Source: Thermoproteus tenax Kra 1 (GTDB lineage Archaea; Thermoproteota; Thermoprotei; Thermoproteales; Thermoproteaceae). From it: a DNA stretch of 32,000 nucleotides. The translations under genes were made by a program, and so were the position numbers. Positions 7,127 through 15,411 of the stretch are shown one piece after another (position 1 is the stretch's first letter; the number at the start of each line of letters is the position of its first letter). Below the pieces are notes generated by a model, which saw only the letters and a list, made by a program, of their open reading frames with translations, did not search any database and was not told where the DNA came from. Location: positions 60,001-92,000 of the forward strand of contig NC_016070.1 in assembly GCF_000253055.1 (NCBI RefSeq), written 5' to 3'.

Positions 7127-7711
7127 GTGTCGGTAGCGCACAGCCTTAAGGAATATGTTTTGAAACAGACCAAACTGGACAGAGTGATCAGATGGGGCAT
7201 CAAGTGGTCGATGTGGCCTGTGCATTTGGTGACGAGCTGTTGCGGCGTGGAGGTGGCCCACGTGTCAGGCCCCGTCTTTGACGCCGAGAGGTGGGGAGTT
7301 CTGCCCTTCAACACTATGAGGCAGACCAACGTCATACTTGTCGAGGGCACTATCACTAGGAAGATGGCCAAGGTTCTCAAGTGGGTCTACGAGCAGATGC
7401 CTGAGCCCAAGTTCGTGATAGCCATGGGCGCATGCGCCATAAGAGGCGGCCTCTTCTGGAACTCGTACCACGTCACACAGGTTGATACAATAGTGCCGGT
7501 GGACGCGTATATACCTGGCTGTCCGCCGACGCCCGAGGCCGTCATAAGGGCGTTCTTCATGGTCGGCAATAAGATATTGGGCAAGCCGGGCCCCGAGATC
7601 CAACCTATAAAAGTGGATCTAACGCCGTATCTGCCTCAGCCGAAGCCAGCAGCTAAGCCGGCCGCCAAGCCGGCGCAACAGTTGGCGCAAACGCCTCAAC
7701 AAGCGGCGTAG
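7127..7711 (+). CDS. nuoB: NADH-quinone oxidoreductase subunit B (20 kDa, N2 cluster subunit)
   Basis: It has the CCGVE, GACA and GCPP cysteine motifs. The GTG start lies about 20 nt after TATATTTATAGG. The C-terminus is low-complexity (PKPAAKPAAKPAQQLAQTPQQAA). Confidence 0.9.
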   Translation: MSVAHSLKEYVLKQTKLDRVIRWGIKWSMWPVHLVTSCCGVEVAHVSGPVFDAERWGVLPFNTMRQTNVILVEGTITRKMAKVLKWVYEQMPEPKFVIAMGACAIRGGLFWNSYHVTQVDTIVPVDAYIPGCPPTPEAVIRAFFMVGNKILGKPGPEIQPIKVDLTPYLPQPKPAAKPAAKPAQQLAQTPQQAA

Positions 7712-7713
7712 AT

Positions 7714-8247
7714 ATGTCGGCCAAGCTGCCGCCCAAGTGTCCCCAAGCCGCCGACCACGCCCTGTTGCCTAAACTGAAGGAGGCCCTCGGCAACGCCTTA
7801 TTACAACACGGAGTCTCGGCGGACGGCTATCTATGCATTATAGTTCCCGCCGACAAGATCAGAGAGGTTGCACAGAGGCTGAAGGAGCTCGGCTTCGACC
7901 ACACGCTCTCTGTGAGCGCCATGGACTACATGGAGGAGAAGAAGTTCGTGGTCATGTACACCTTCGCGTCGTATCTGTCGCCTGAGCTCAAGGGCCACCT
8001 TCTGAATGTGAGGGCGGAGATACCGAGGGACAATCCGCACATAGCCTCGATAGCCGACATCTTCCCCTCGGCTGATTACGATGAGAGGGAGTGCCACGAG
8101 ATGTTCGGCATATGGTTCGACGGCAATCCGCACATGGGCAAGCGCTTCCTGCTGGACCCTGACTGTTGTATAGACGAGAAGACCGGCAAGCCGCTATATC
8201 CGCTAAGGCGCGACTTCAAGGTGCCCGAGTGGGGTCTCTTCGGCTGA
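7714..8247 (+). CDS. nuoC: NADH-quinone oxidoreductase subunit C (30 kDa)
   Basis: It carries the ERECHEMFGIWFDGNP motif and starts 3 nt after the nuoB stop. Confidence 0.9.
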   Translation: MSAKLPPKCPQAADHALLPKLKEALGNALLQHGVSADGYLCIIVPADKIREVAQRLKELGFDHTLSVSAMDYMEEKKFVVMYTFASYLSPELKGHLLNVRAEIPRDNPHIASIADIFPSADYDERECHEMFGIWFDGNPHMGKRFLLDPDCCIDEKTGKPLYPLRRDFKVPEWGLFG

Positions 8248-8436
8248 GACTTGTGCTATAGAGGGGGCTACCGTTTGTCTCCATCTTCCTCTTAGCTTCA
8301 CCCGGAGGAGCTCGGGGCGGTCCGCAGAAGCCGTACGTCGGCTATGATGCGTTCTAAATCCTCCAGATGCGGCAGAGGAGTGTTGCGACAGCGACACAAT
8401 GGGGGCCGTGGGGACTTCGCGGGGGGAATGGACTCG

Positions 8437-8934
8437 TTAGTGGTACGTTTCACTTCTAATCAAAAGGAGAGGTCTCCATCTTTCCTCTAGCTCTTTCTCC
8501 CACCAGGCGGATAGGTCCCTCCCGAGCTTCTCAACTATATACCCAGGGGCCTCCACTCTGCTCGGCTTGTCTTTACCTACGATTATGAGGCGCGAGTACA
8601 CGAGGCCGTTCTCTACCACAATCTTCCTCACGTTGGCCCGCTCGGCGAGCACGACCGCTTTGCCTAAACAGTGCGAGACTAGCTTCTCGTCGCTTATCGT
8701 GTACGTCCTCAGAAAGCCACATGTGAGCTCGAAGAGCCCCGCAAAGATCGCTACAGCTATCGCGATGCCTATGGCAGCACAGATGGGCTCCGGCCGGCCC
8801 AATAGAAAGGCCGTGAGCGCTATGAGCGCTCCCAGTGCGGTGGCCACCGCGTAGTAGTCGGGAAATCTATACGTCTTCTCCACACTCTCAAAACTGTGGC
8901 GAAAATAACTCTTTCCGTCACTCGTCCTCAACAA
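8437..8934 (-). CDS. Hypothetical membrane protein with two TM helices and a C-terminal bacterial-PH-like (YdbS/YdbT-type) domain
   Basis: Hydrophobic helices YYAVATALGALIALTAFLL and ICAAIGIAIAVAIFAGLF are followed by an ~80-aa beta-rich domain. The TTG start overlaps the stop of the upstream mini-ORF (TTGTTGA). Confidence 0.5.
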   Translation of the reverse strand: MLRTSDGKSYFRHSFESVEKTYRFPDYYAVATALGALIALTAFLLGRPEPICAAIGIAIAVAIFAGLFELTCGFLRTYTISDEKLVSHCLGKAVVLAERANVRKIVVENGLVYSRLIIVGKDKPSRVEAPGYIVEKLGRDLSAWWEKELEERWRPLLLIRSETYH

Positions 8935-9086
8935 TTACAGCCTCCGCCGCTAGAGCCGGCCAACAGTTTGTTCTCCTCTGCAAGCTTCCTCCAACAGTCT
9001 GGACAAAGGAGCACAGCGCCTACTCCCTTGACGTATCCCTCCAAGAGCGCTGTATCGCCCCTCCCGCACAAATAGCATTTATACAC
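8928..9086 (-). CDS. Small zinc-ribbon protein (52 aa), absent from the ORF track
   Basis: It runs from GTG-9086 to TGA-8928 and translates to MYKCYLCGRGDTALLEGYVKGVGAVLLCPDCWRKLAEENKLLAGSSGGGCNC, with two CxxC pairs. It begins 12 nt after the upstream gene's stop and overlaps the downstream gene's start. Confidence 0.5.
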   Translation of the reverse strand: MYKCYLCGRGDTALLEGYVKGVGAVLLCPDCWRKLAEENKLLAGSSGGGCNC

Positions 9087-9098
9087 TGGAAAAACGAG

Positions 9099-10256
9099 CT
9101 ACTCCGTTTTAAATTGATCGGCCAGTGCGCGTTTTGCACCTTGCGCTCTCCGCCTCTCCTCGAGGGAGACTACGCCGAATACGACGGCCGAGGCCACATA
9201 GACGTCGACTATAGGGCTGAAGTCCGCCACATAGAAGCTGAACAACGTCGTGTTGCCTGAGAGATAGACGGCGAGGAGCCCCGCCCACATAGCCCAGGCG
9301 AACGCCGTAGCTGTAGCCAGTTTTGCGTTGCGCCGTATCAAGGGCAACGGCGTGAGCGCTATCCACATGAGCATCACCGCCACGTTGGTCCGCGCGTAGA
9401 GGCCTTCTCCTAGATAGAACGGGTGCACGTTGAGGAACCAGTCCCACGGAGTTGAGATCTGGCTCTCCGCCCCTCCAGCTATGTGGCCTGAGGTTATATC
9501 CCAGCCGAGCATGTGGAGGAAGGAGCTCTGTAGCCACTGCACAAGGCCTCCGTAGTATATTATCAAGGGCATCGACAGGGCGAGGTATACAGACGCGGGA
9601 ATCAAGAGCCCGTAGGCCACGCGTTTGACGGGCCTCTCCTCCAATTCGCCGATATAGTAGAGGTATGGAATAACGAGGGGAAACGTCGTCTCCTTGGCGG
9701 CGAAGGCCAGCCCGAGGGCCACCGACGAGGCGAACTTTCTGCCTGAAACGAGAAAATAAAGGGCCAGTAGCGCGAAAAAGCCGGCGTATGCGTCCAACAT
9801 AGCTATGCCGTGTAGGGCCCAGAACGTGGGATCCGTCGCCAATAAGAGCGCGGAGAGCACTCCGGCGAGCGCCGCTGCATCGTCGCCCTCTTCTCTCAAG
9901 AGTGCGCGGCCCGTCAGGAAGGCCGCGACCAGCGCAGCCCCGCCCAGTATCCATCCGGGAAGCCTCCAGGCGACTGGCTCGTACCCCAACGCCAGTATAG
10001 AGATGGCCATCAGATACTTTGCGAGGGGCGGATGCTCAGGGTTCAGATATGTCTCTATCCCGCTGGCGTTGGGATATGGAAAACCTTGAGTGACGTTGGC
10101 ATGGAAGACGTACCTCAGTATATTGAGCGAGGCAGGCGCATACCAGCTTTCGTCCGAGATGTACATCTGGAATTTAGAGAACTCCGTTGCTGTGTAGTAC
10201 ACGTAGACTGCGACTATCAGGGCCAAAACTACAAGCGACAACACGACGGCCCGCAT
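9099..10256 (-). CDS. GT-C fold glycosyltransferase (PMT/ArnT-like, GT39/GT83 type)
   Basis: It is polytopic. It has the DESWY acidic motif in the first extracytoplasmic loop and the EHPPLAKYL motif. Confidence 0.75.
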   Translation of the reverse strand: MRAVVLSLVVLALIVAVYVYYTATEFSKFQMYISDESWYAPASLNILRYVFHANVTQGFPYPNASGIETYLNPEHPPLAKYLMAISILALGYEPVAWRLPGWILGGAALVAAFLTGRALLREEGDDAAALAGVLSALLLATDPTFWALHGIAMLDAYAGFFALLALYFLVSGRKFASSVALGLAFAAKETTFPLVIPYLYYIGELEERPVKRVAYGLLIPASVYLALSMPLIIYYGGLVQWLQSSFLHMLGWDITSGHIAGGAESQISTPWDWFLNVHPFYLGEGLYARTNVAVMLMWIALTPLPLIRRNAKLATATAFAWAMWAGLLAVYLSGNTTLFSFYVADFSPIVDVYVASAVVFGVVSLEERRRAQGAKRALADQFKTE

Positions 10257-10313
10257 GAAGGAGAAGCTGGCCAGACCATTAAAAGTATAGCACCTCTATC
10301 ACTTAATTAACTC

Positions 10314-10335
10314 TATTCCATCAAAAGATGGAATA
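10314..10335. promoter_or_regulatory. 9-bp perfect inverted repeat TATTCCATC-AAAA-GATGGAATA next to the promoter of the molybdoenzyme operon
   Basis: It is read directly from the sequence. It abuts the AT-rich GAATAAAAAATTG element and lies 14-50 nt upstream of the candidate start codons (10349 and 10385). Confidence 0.45.
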
Positions 10336-10348
10336 AAAAATTGCATCT

Positions 10349-12847
10349 TTGGGACAAGATAAAAAATATCACATAGCAGATCGTGTGTTAAATGAAAAAA
10401 TTAGTCGGCGCGATCTAGTGAAAATTGGCGTCACGATAGGTCTATTGACGAGCCCAAGCCTCGCAATATGGAGGACGATGTCCCAAGCGCTATCATCAAA
10501 CGGCGGTCAAGTTCCAGTTATCCAAAGGACGCCCATTTATTGCGGGGCTTGTGGATCAAAGTGCGGTTTGTACTTTGTTAGAACAGAGAACTCTATGTAC
10601 ATAGAGCCCAACCCGAACCATCCACAACCGGGTATGTGCGCCCGACCGGCATCGGCGTTGCAAATATGGAGCCACCCGTTGAGGTTAAGAAAGCCTCTCA
10701 AGAGGGTGGGAAAAAGAGGGGAGGGGAAGTTTGAAGAGATAGACTGGGACACGGCGCTCAATGAGGTCGCAACAAAGCTCAAGGAGATCGCCGACAAGTA
10801 CGGCCCTGAGTCTATCGCGTTTACAAGACACGACCACATGTCATGGCACTTGCCGCTGATAGCCGCCCTAATAGGCACTCCCAACGTCATAGGTCAGGAG
10901 GAGACATGCCACGGCGCCTCAACTGCGGCAAGGCTCGCCGTACTAGGCGCCGGAGGTCCTCCGAGCGTTGATCCCGACTACAAGAACCTCAGCTACCTCA
11001 TCTTGGTCGGACGCAATCTGGACGCAGCCATGGGGTCTGTCAGATTATTGTCTATAGCGAGGGAGGCAGGCGCTAAGATAGTTGTAATAGACCCTAGGGC
11101 CCCCAATCTGGCTTTCTCGTCTGTGGAGTGGATACCTATATTGCCGGGGACTGACACAGCGCTACTGCTGTCTATGGCTTACGTGATAATAAACGAAGGC
11201 CTCTACGATGAACAGTTTCTGAAGAGGTATACTAATGCGCCCATGCTGATAAAACAGGACGGATCTCCGTTAACGCAGAGCGATTTGGGTCAACAAGGCG
11301 GTGCTTATATGGTATATGACTCCGCCTCCAACGAGGTGAAGCCGCTAGGAGCGGCGGCAGACCCCTCACTTATGTACGAGGGAGATATTCAAACTCAGTC
11401 AGGCCCAGTACACGTGAAGACCGTGTTTAGGTTGTTGATCGAGAGAGTCTCTAAATATGAGCCAAGAAAGGCCGCCGAAATCACTGGCGTGCCGCCCGAT
11501 ACAATTATAAGATTGGCGAGGGAATTTGCCACAAGGCGCGGAGTTATTGAGGACGGTTGGTACTCAGCGAGGAACGGAAACGATTTCGATATGTATAGAG
11601 CCATTCTGATACTCAATACATTAATTGGGAATATAGATAGGAGGGGAGGACTCTGTTTTCAGGAGCCGGCTAAATTCCCTAACTCCTGCACAGTGGGGCC
11701 TACTAAGATAGACACGATCCTGGGCGTATCGCTACCTCCTGTGAAATCTAAGAGGGTGGATCTGCTCAAATATCCGTTGGCCGTGAGCGCGTTCGACGCC
11801 TTGCTAGATGCTGCAATCACCGGTAGTCCATACCCGATTAAGGCGTTAATCATCGTGGGCACTGCGCCGTTCCACCGCGACGTCAATACGGAGAAGCTGA
11901 AGAGAGCGCTTGAAGCCCTAGACCTTGTCGTCACAATCGATATACTGCCGCAAGATCACGTTGATTGGTCAGACTACGTGTTCCCCGACTTGATGTTCTT
12001 GGAGAGAAGCGAGATATCGTCAGCGCCCTGGACGCTCGATGCTGCCGTGATCTTCTCCAACAAAGTACTGGATCCTCCTCCGGGAGTTGACGCACGCCAT
12101 GCATTCTGGATCTTATTAGAACTAGTGAGAAGGGCATGGCCTGATAAGGCCGCTCTAATAGGATACACTGAAAAATATTCAGATTACTCATTATTTGAGC
12201 AGTATGAAGAACTTATATTATATAAAATACTTGACTATTTATCTAGAGCATGGAATATATCAAAGGAATCGTTGGAGAAAGAACTCAGAGAAAAGGGATA
12301 CTACGTCCTCAAGAGGAAGAGCTATGAGGTAAAGCCGTATAAGGCCAGGCTGGCCACCCCCACGGGCCTGGTCGAGATATATTCTCTTGTCGCCTTAAAG
12401 CACGGCCTCGATCCATTACCAGATTGGAGACCACCGCCCGGCTATAGCGCCCCCAAGGAGCCCAATGAGTTCTACTTGATAACTGGGAAGGATCAAACGG
12501 TATCCGGCCACTTTGTGTTCACCTGGAACTCGAAGTATCTAACGGAGAGATGTGTCTGGATGAATCCGTCTGACGCTGAGCGTTTAGGTGTGAAAGACGG
12601 CGACGTTATAGTCATCGAGGGGGTCGACAACGGGTTCTCAGCCAAGACGTGCATCAGGGTCACAAACAGAGTTAGGCCGGGAGTGTTGTTTTCCTACGCC
12701 TTCGCTGGCGGCCATGTCTCAGCTCTGATACAGCCCCCATACGACTTCTTGAGGCTCGGAGTTAATCCACAGTGGTTCACAAAAGGGTATGTGGCGCCCG
12801 TAGTGGGCGCCGGGGCAACAAACTCGGTGGTCAGAGTGAGGATATGA
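10349..12847 (+). CDS. Tat-exported molybdopterin (bis-MGD) oxidoreductase catalytic subunit of the Psr/Phs/Ttr/Arr-like clade
   Basis: It has the twin-arginine motif SRRDLVKIG, the FeS motif CGACGSKC...C (Cx2Cx3Cx24C), and a candidate Mo-ligand Cys in TCHGAS. The product is ~830 aa. The track start is TTG-10349, and GTG-10385 (MLNEKISRRDLV) is a likely alternative. Confidence 0.85.
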   Translation: MGQDKKYHIADRVLNEKISRRDLVKIGVTIGLLTSPSLAIWRTMSQALSSNGGQVPVIQRTPIYCGACGSKCGLYFVRTENSMYIEPNPNHPQPGMCARPASALQIWSHPLRLRKPLKRVGKRGEGKFEEIDWDTALNEVATKLKEIADKYGPESIAFTRHDHMSWHLPLIAALIGTPNVIGQEETCHGASTAARLAVLGAGGPPSVDPDYKNLSYLILVGRNLDAAMGSVRLLSIAREAGAKIVVIDPRAPNLAFSSVEWIPILPGTDTALLLSMAYVIINEGLYDEQFLKRYTNAPMLIKQDGSPLTQSDLGQQGGAYMVYDSASNEVKPLGAAADPSLMYEGDIQTQSGPVHVKTVFRLLIERVSKYEPRKAAEITGVPPDTIIRLAREFATRRGVIEDGWYSARNGNDFDMYRAILILNTLIGNIDRRGGLCFQEPAKFPNSCTVGPTKIDTILGVSLPPVKSKRVDLLKYPLAVSAFDALLDAAITGSPYPIKALIIVGTAPFHRDVNTEKLKRALEALDLVVTIDILPQDHVDWSDYVFPDLMFLERSEISSAPWTLDAAVIFSNKVLDPPPGVDARHAFWILLELVRRAWPDKAALIGYTEKYSDYSLFEQYEELILYKILDYLSRAWNISKESLEKELREKGYYVLKRKSYEVKPYKARLATPTGLVEIYSLVALKHGLDPLPDWRPPPGYSAPKEPNEFYLITGKDQTVSGHFVFTWNSKYLTERCVWMNPSDAERLGVKDGDVIVIEGVDNGFSAKTCIRVTNRVRPGVLFSYAFAGGHVSALIQPPYDFLRLGVNPQWFTKGYVAPVVGAGATNSVVRVRI

Positions 12848-13410
12848 CGCGCCTGGCCTTTCTCTGGGATCAATCGAGGTGTATATCATGTGGCGCATGT
12901 ATTGCCGCGTGTAACGCCGGCAACTACAAGTCTTCTACGTCGTCTAATATATCGTGGAACTGGATAAGGACAAACATCAAGAGGATAGAGCTGGATAGAT
13001 CTATAAGGCCCATGGTACTTTTGGTACAGTGTCAACAATGCGAAAATCCTCCTTGTGTGACCGTATGTCCCACGGGGGCCTCCTATAAAGATTCCGAAGG
13101 CCTCGTCAAGATAAATTACAGACTATGCATAGGGTGTAGATACTGCATGGTGGCTTGTCCCTATCAGGCGAGATGGTTCGATGAGGAGGTATGGGCGCCC
13201 GTCAAGTGCATGGGCGAGGAATGCTTGGAGAGGATATCCAGAGGAGAGAGACCTATATGTGTGGCAGTATGTCCGGCTAACGCGAGGGATTTCGGGGACA
13301 TCGACGACCCCAATTCGAGCATCTCCAGGCGTTTGGCCGAGTCTAGGTATGTGAAGTTGTTAGAGAACGTGGGCACAGACCCTAAGTACTACGTTGTAGT
13401 GGGACCATGA
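12844..13410 (+). CDS. 4Fe-4S ferredoxin-type electron-transfer subunit (PsrB/DmsB-like)
   Basis: ATG-12844 overlaps the upstream stop (ATGA). Cys groups are CISCGACIAAC, CQQCENPPCVTVCP, CIGCRYCMVACP and CVAVCP. Confidence 0.85.
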   Translation: MTRLAFLWDQSRCISCGACIAACNAGNYKSSTSSNISWNWIRTNIKRIELDRSIRPMVLLVQCQQCENPPCVTVCPTGASYKDSEGLVKINYRLCIGCRYCMVACPYQARWFDEEVWAPVKCMGEECLERISRGERPICVAVCPANARDFGDIDDPNSSISRRLAESRYVKLLENVGTDPKYYVVVGP

Positions 13411-14576
13411 GGAGGCCCTACCCAGCGCTGATAAGCATCGGCATAGCCGCGTTAGGCGCCTTGTTGATATCCATAGGATATATGGCTAGGTCCGTCGAGG
13501 AGATACCCTGGGGCCTCCTAGTGCCGGGATATGTTTATTTTGCTCTAATGGCCACCGGCTCCAGCATCGTTAATTCAATATACACAGTTTTTGGCTACAA
13601 GGGTCCAGACAACGAATTAGAGAGGATCATAAAGTTAGGGATATGGTTTTCGCTGATAACTATAGTCCCCGCGTGGATTATGATATTGTTAGATTTGAGG
13701 AATCCGCTCTCTGCCTTGAATATATTTATCCACTATAATAACGGCGGCATCACTCTATTCTTCCAGTACAAGTCGGGCATAACTTGGATGGCTACTCTGT
13801 ATATGTTATTCGCGCTGACTCTGATGATAGAACTTATTTATTTCATCAGAAGCGGAGTCTCCGAGAAGCTGAGACGGATGAAGGCCCTAGAGTTTGGCAT
13901 AGCATTAGCTGTATTAATAGTTACAGTAGTGCTTCATAGCAATCTGGGCCAAGTCTTTGGCAACGTCGTCGCAATACCTGGATGGTACGGCCCCCACATG
14001 GCGTTGTATTTCATAGCAAGCGCTATAGCTATCGGCGCAAGCGGCCAAGCTCTGTTCATAGGCTATTACGCGGGAGGGCTCGGAATAAGAGAGTTTGTAG
14101 CCAGATATTACGCAAGGATTTTGATGATAACGATACCTGTTCTAGCATTCATAAAGGGTTGGATGATCATAAACGCCTGGTATAATCCAGCATCGTGGCA
14201 AGCGTATAGATTAATCATCAACTCGCCCGACTTCTATATCTTCGAGCTAGCTCTGTTGCTTATAGCTCCATTTATCTTGGCGACTATGGCGTATTATAAG
14301 AAAGATCTAAAGCTGACACTGTCGGCAGCTCTATTAGTCGCCGTAGCCGGCTTCGTGGATAAGTACGATTTGATAATAAAACCACAGGAAGCCCCTCTGG
14401 CACTCAGCTTGGGCGCTTGGGCTCAATTGGGCTCTATCCACTATATCCCATCAATATCCCAGATAGAGATCGCCGCAGGCTCCGTCCTACTCTACTTGGC
14501 ACTTCTGATACTCGGGACTTTGATCCTGCCCCTCAAACCCGGCGAAAAGCCGAAGGCTCTGTATATATTTAAATAA
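13407..14576 (+). CDS. NrfD/PsrC-type integral membrane quinol-interacting anchor subunit
   Basis: The ORF is 389 aa with 8-10 hydrophobic helices. It overlaps the FeS subunit stop by 4 nt and sits in the canonical third position of a PsrABC-type operon. Confidence 0.75.
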   Translation: MRRPYPALISIGIAALGALLISIGYMARSVEEIPWGLLVPGYVYFALMATGSSIVNSIYTVFGYKGPDNELERIIKLGIWFSLITIVPAWIMILLDLRNPLSALNIFIHYNNGGITLFFQYKSGITWMATLYMLFALTLMIELIYFIRSGVSEKLRRMKALEFGIALAVLIVTVVLHSNLGQVFGNVVAIPGWYGPHMALYFIASAIAIGASGQALFIGYYAGGLGIREFVARYYARILMITIPVLAFIKGWMIINAWYNPASWQAYRLIINSPDFYIFELALLLIAPFILATMAYYKKDLKLTLSAALLVAVAGFVDKYDLIIKPQEAPLALSLGAWAQLGSIHYIPSISQIEIAAGSVLLYLALLILGTLILPLKPGEKPKALYIFK

Positions 14577-14577
14577 G

Positions 14578-14590
14578 TATTTTTTACTTT
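14578..14590 (+). terminator. Oligo-T tract after the membrane-anchor gene
   Basis: TATTTTTTACTTT follows immediately after the stop codon. Archaeal termination typically occurs at T runs. Confidence 0.4.
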
Positions 14591-15391
14591 GTGTTCAAAC
14601 ATCTAAAGGAGGAAAAAATAAGAGGAGCCTCTTGGTATCTAGAGGAAATATTGAAAATCATAGCGGAGCGTGGCGCATCAGAGGAGGTCCTGGAGGAGGC
14701 CAGAAGAATAAGGCCCGGCATGGCCTCCATCGATGTGGCAATACTAACTATAGAGGCCGCGGGCAGAAAGGGGCTCGATCTGAGGGAGGTCGCCAGGCGC
14801 CTTGCATTATACGTAAGAGAAGCTCAAACGAAGTTGGACGATGTAATATCGTCGTTTGGTATCGAGTGTCCGGCTACAATGATCACAGTCAGCTACTCCA
14901 GAGCGGTCTCCAGGTTTATCCAGATCAAGGCTGGGTGCATTAGGAGACTCTATATTCTGGAGTCGCGCCCCGGCGAAGAGGCGCGCGAGGCGCTCAAGGA
15001 CTACCGGAGACATGTGGAAGTCGTGCCGCTGCCCGACTCAGCTATGGGCTCGGTCGAGTTTGACTATGCCGTGGTGGGCCTCGATGGGTATTACGGCGAC
15101 GGCTACGCTTTTAATAAGGTAGGGACCCTGCCTCTGTTGGCAACCGCCAGAGAATTGGGCGCGCGGAGCGTAGCCGTCTTCGAGAGCTATAAGATGGCCC
15201 CAGTCAAGTCCCCCGAGCCGTACATTATTGAGGAGGAGGTCTTAGGCGAAAGAGTGAGGCTGCGTCTGTTTGATAAGTTCAGGGTAGGCCTATTGGACTT
15301 CGTCGTGACCGACATAGGGGTCTTTGGAAGGCCCAGCGGAAGCTTGGCAGAGACAGGCTGGAGGAGGCTCGCGTCCGCCCTTGGTCTATAG
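14591..15391 (+). CDS. eIF-2B alpha/beta/delta-family protein (sugar-phosphate isomerase-like; short form)
   Basis: Family-like segments are ITVSYSRAV, ILESRPGEE, VVGLDGYYGDGYAFNKVGT and ARELGARSVAVFESYK. The start is GTG. Confidence 0.75.
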   Translation: MFKHLKEEKIRGASWYLEEILKIIAERGASEEVLEEARRIRPGMASIDVAILTIEAAGRKGLDLREVARRLALYVREAQTKLDDVISSFGIECPATMITVSYSRAVSRFIQIKAGCIRRLYILESRPGEEAREALKDYRRHVEVVPLPDSAMGSVEFDYAVVGLDGYYGDGYAFNKVGTLPLLATARELGARSVAVFESYKMAPVKSPEPYIIEEEVLGERVRLRLFDKFRVGLLDFVVTDIGVFGRPSGSLAETGWRRLASALGL

Positions 15392-15411
15392 CCTATGTCT
15401 AGAGCGCCTGC

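Noticed and set aside
8344-8350. ATGATGC as a C-box-like motif in the nuoC downstream spacer.
   Set aside because: There is no D or D' box (CUGA) at guide-length spacing on either strand, and no terminal stem.
8248-8436. The nuoC downstream spacer as a decayed nuoD or as a small RNA.
   Set aside because: None of the six frames shows the NuoD N-terminal GPQHP-type motif, and I found no strong hairpins or box motifs.
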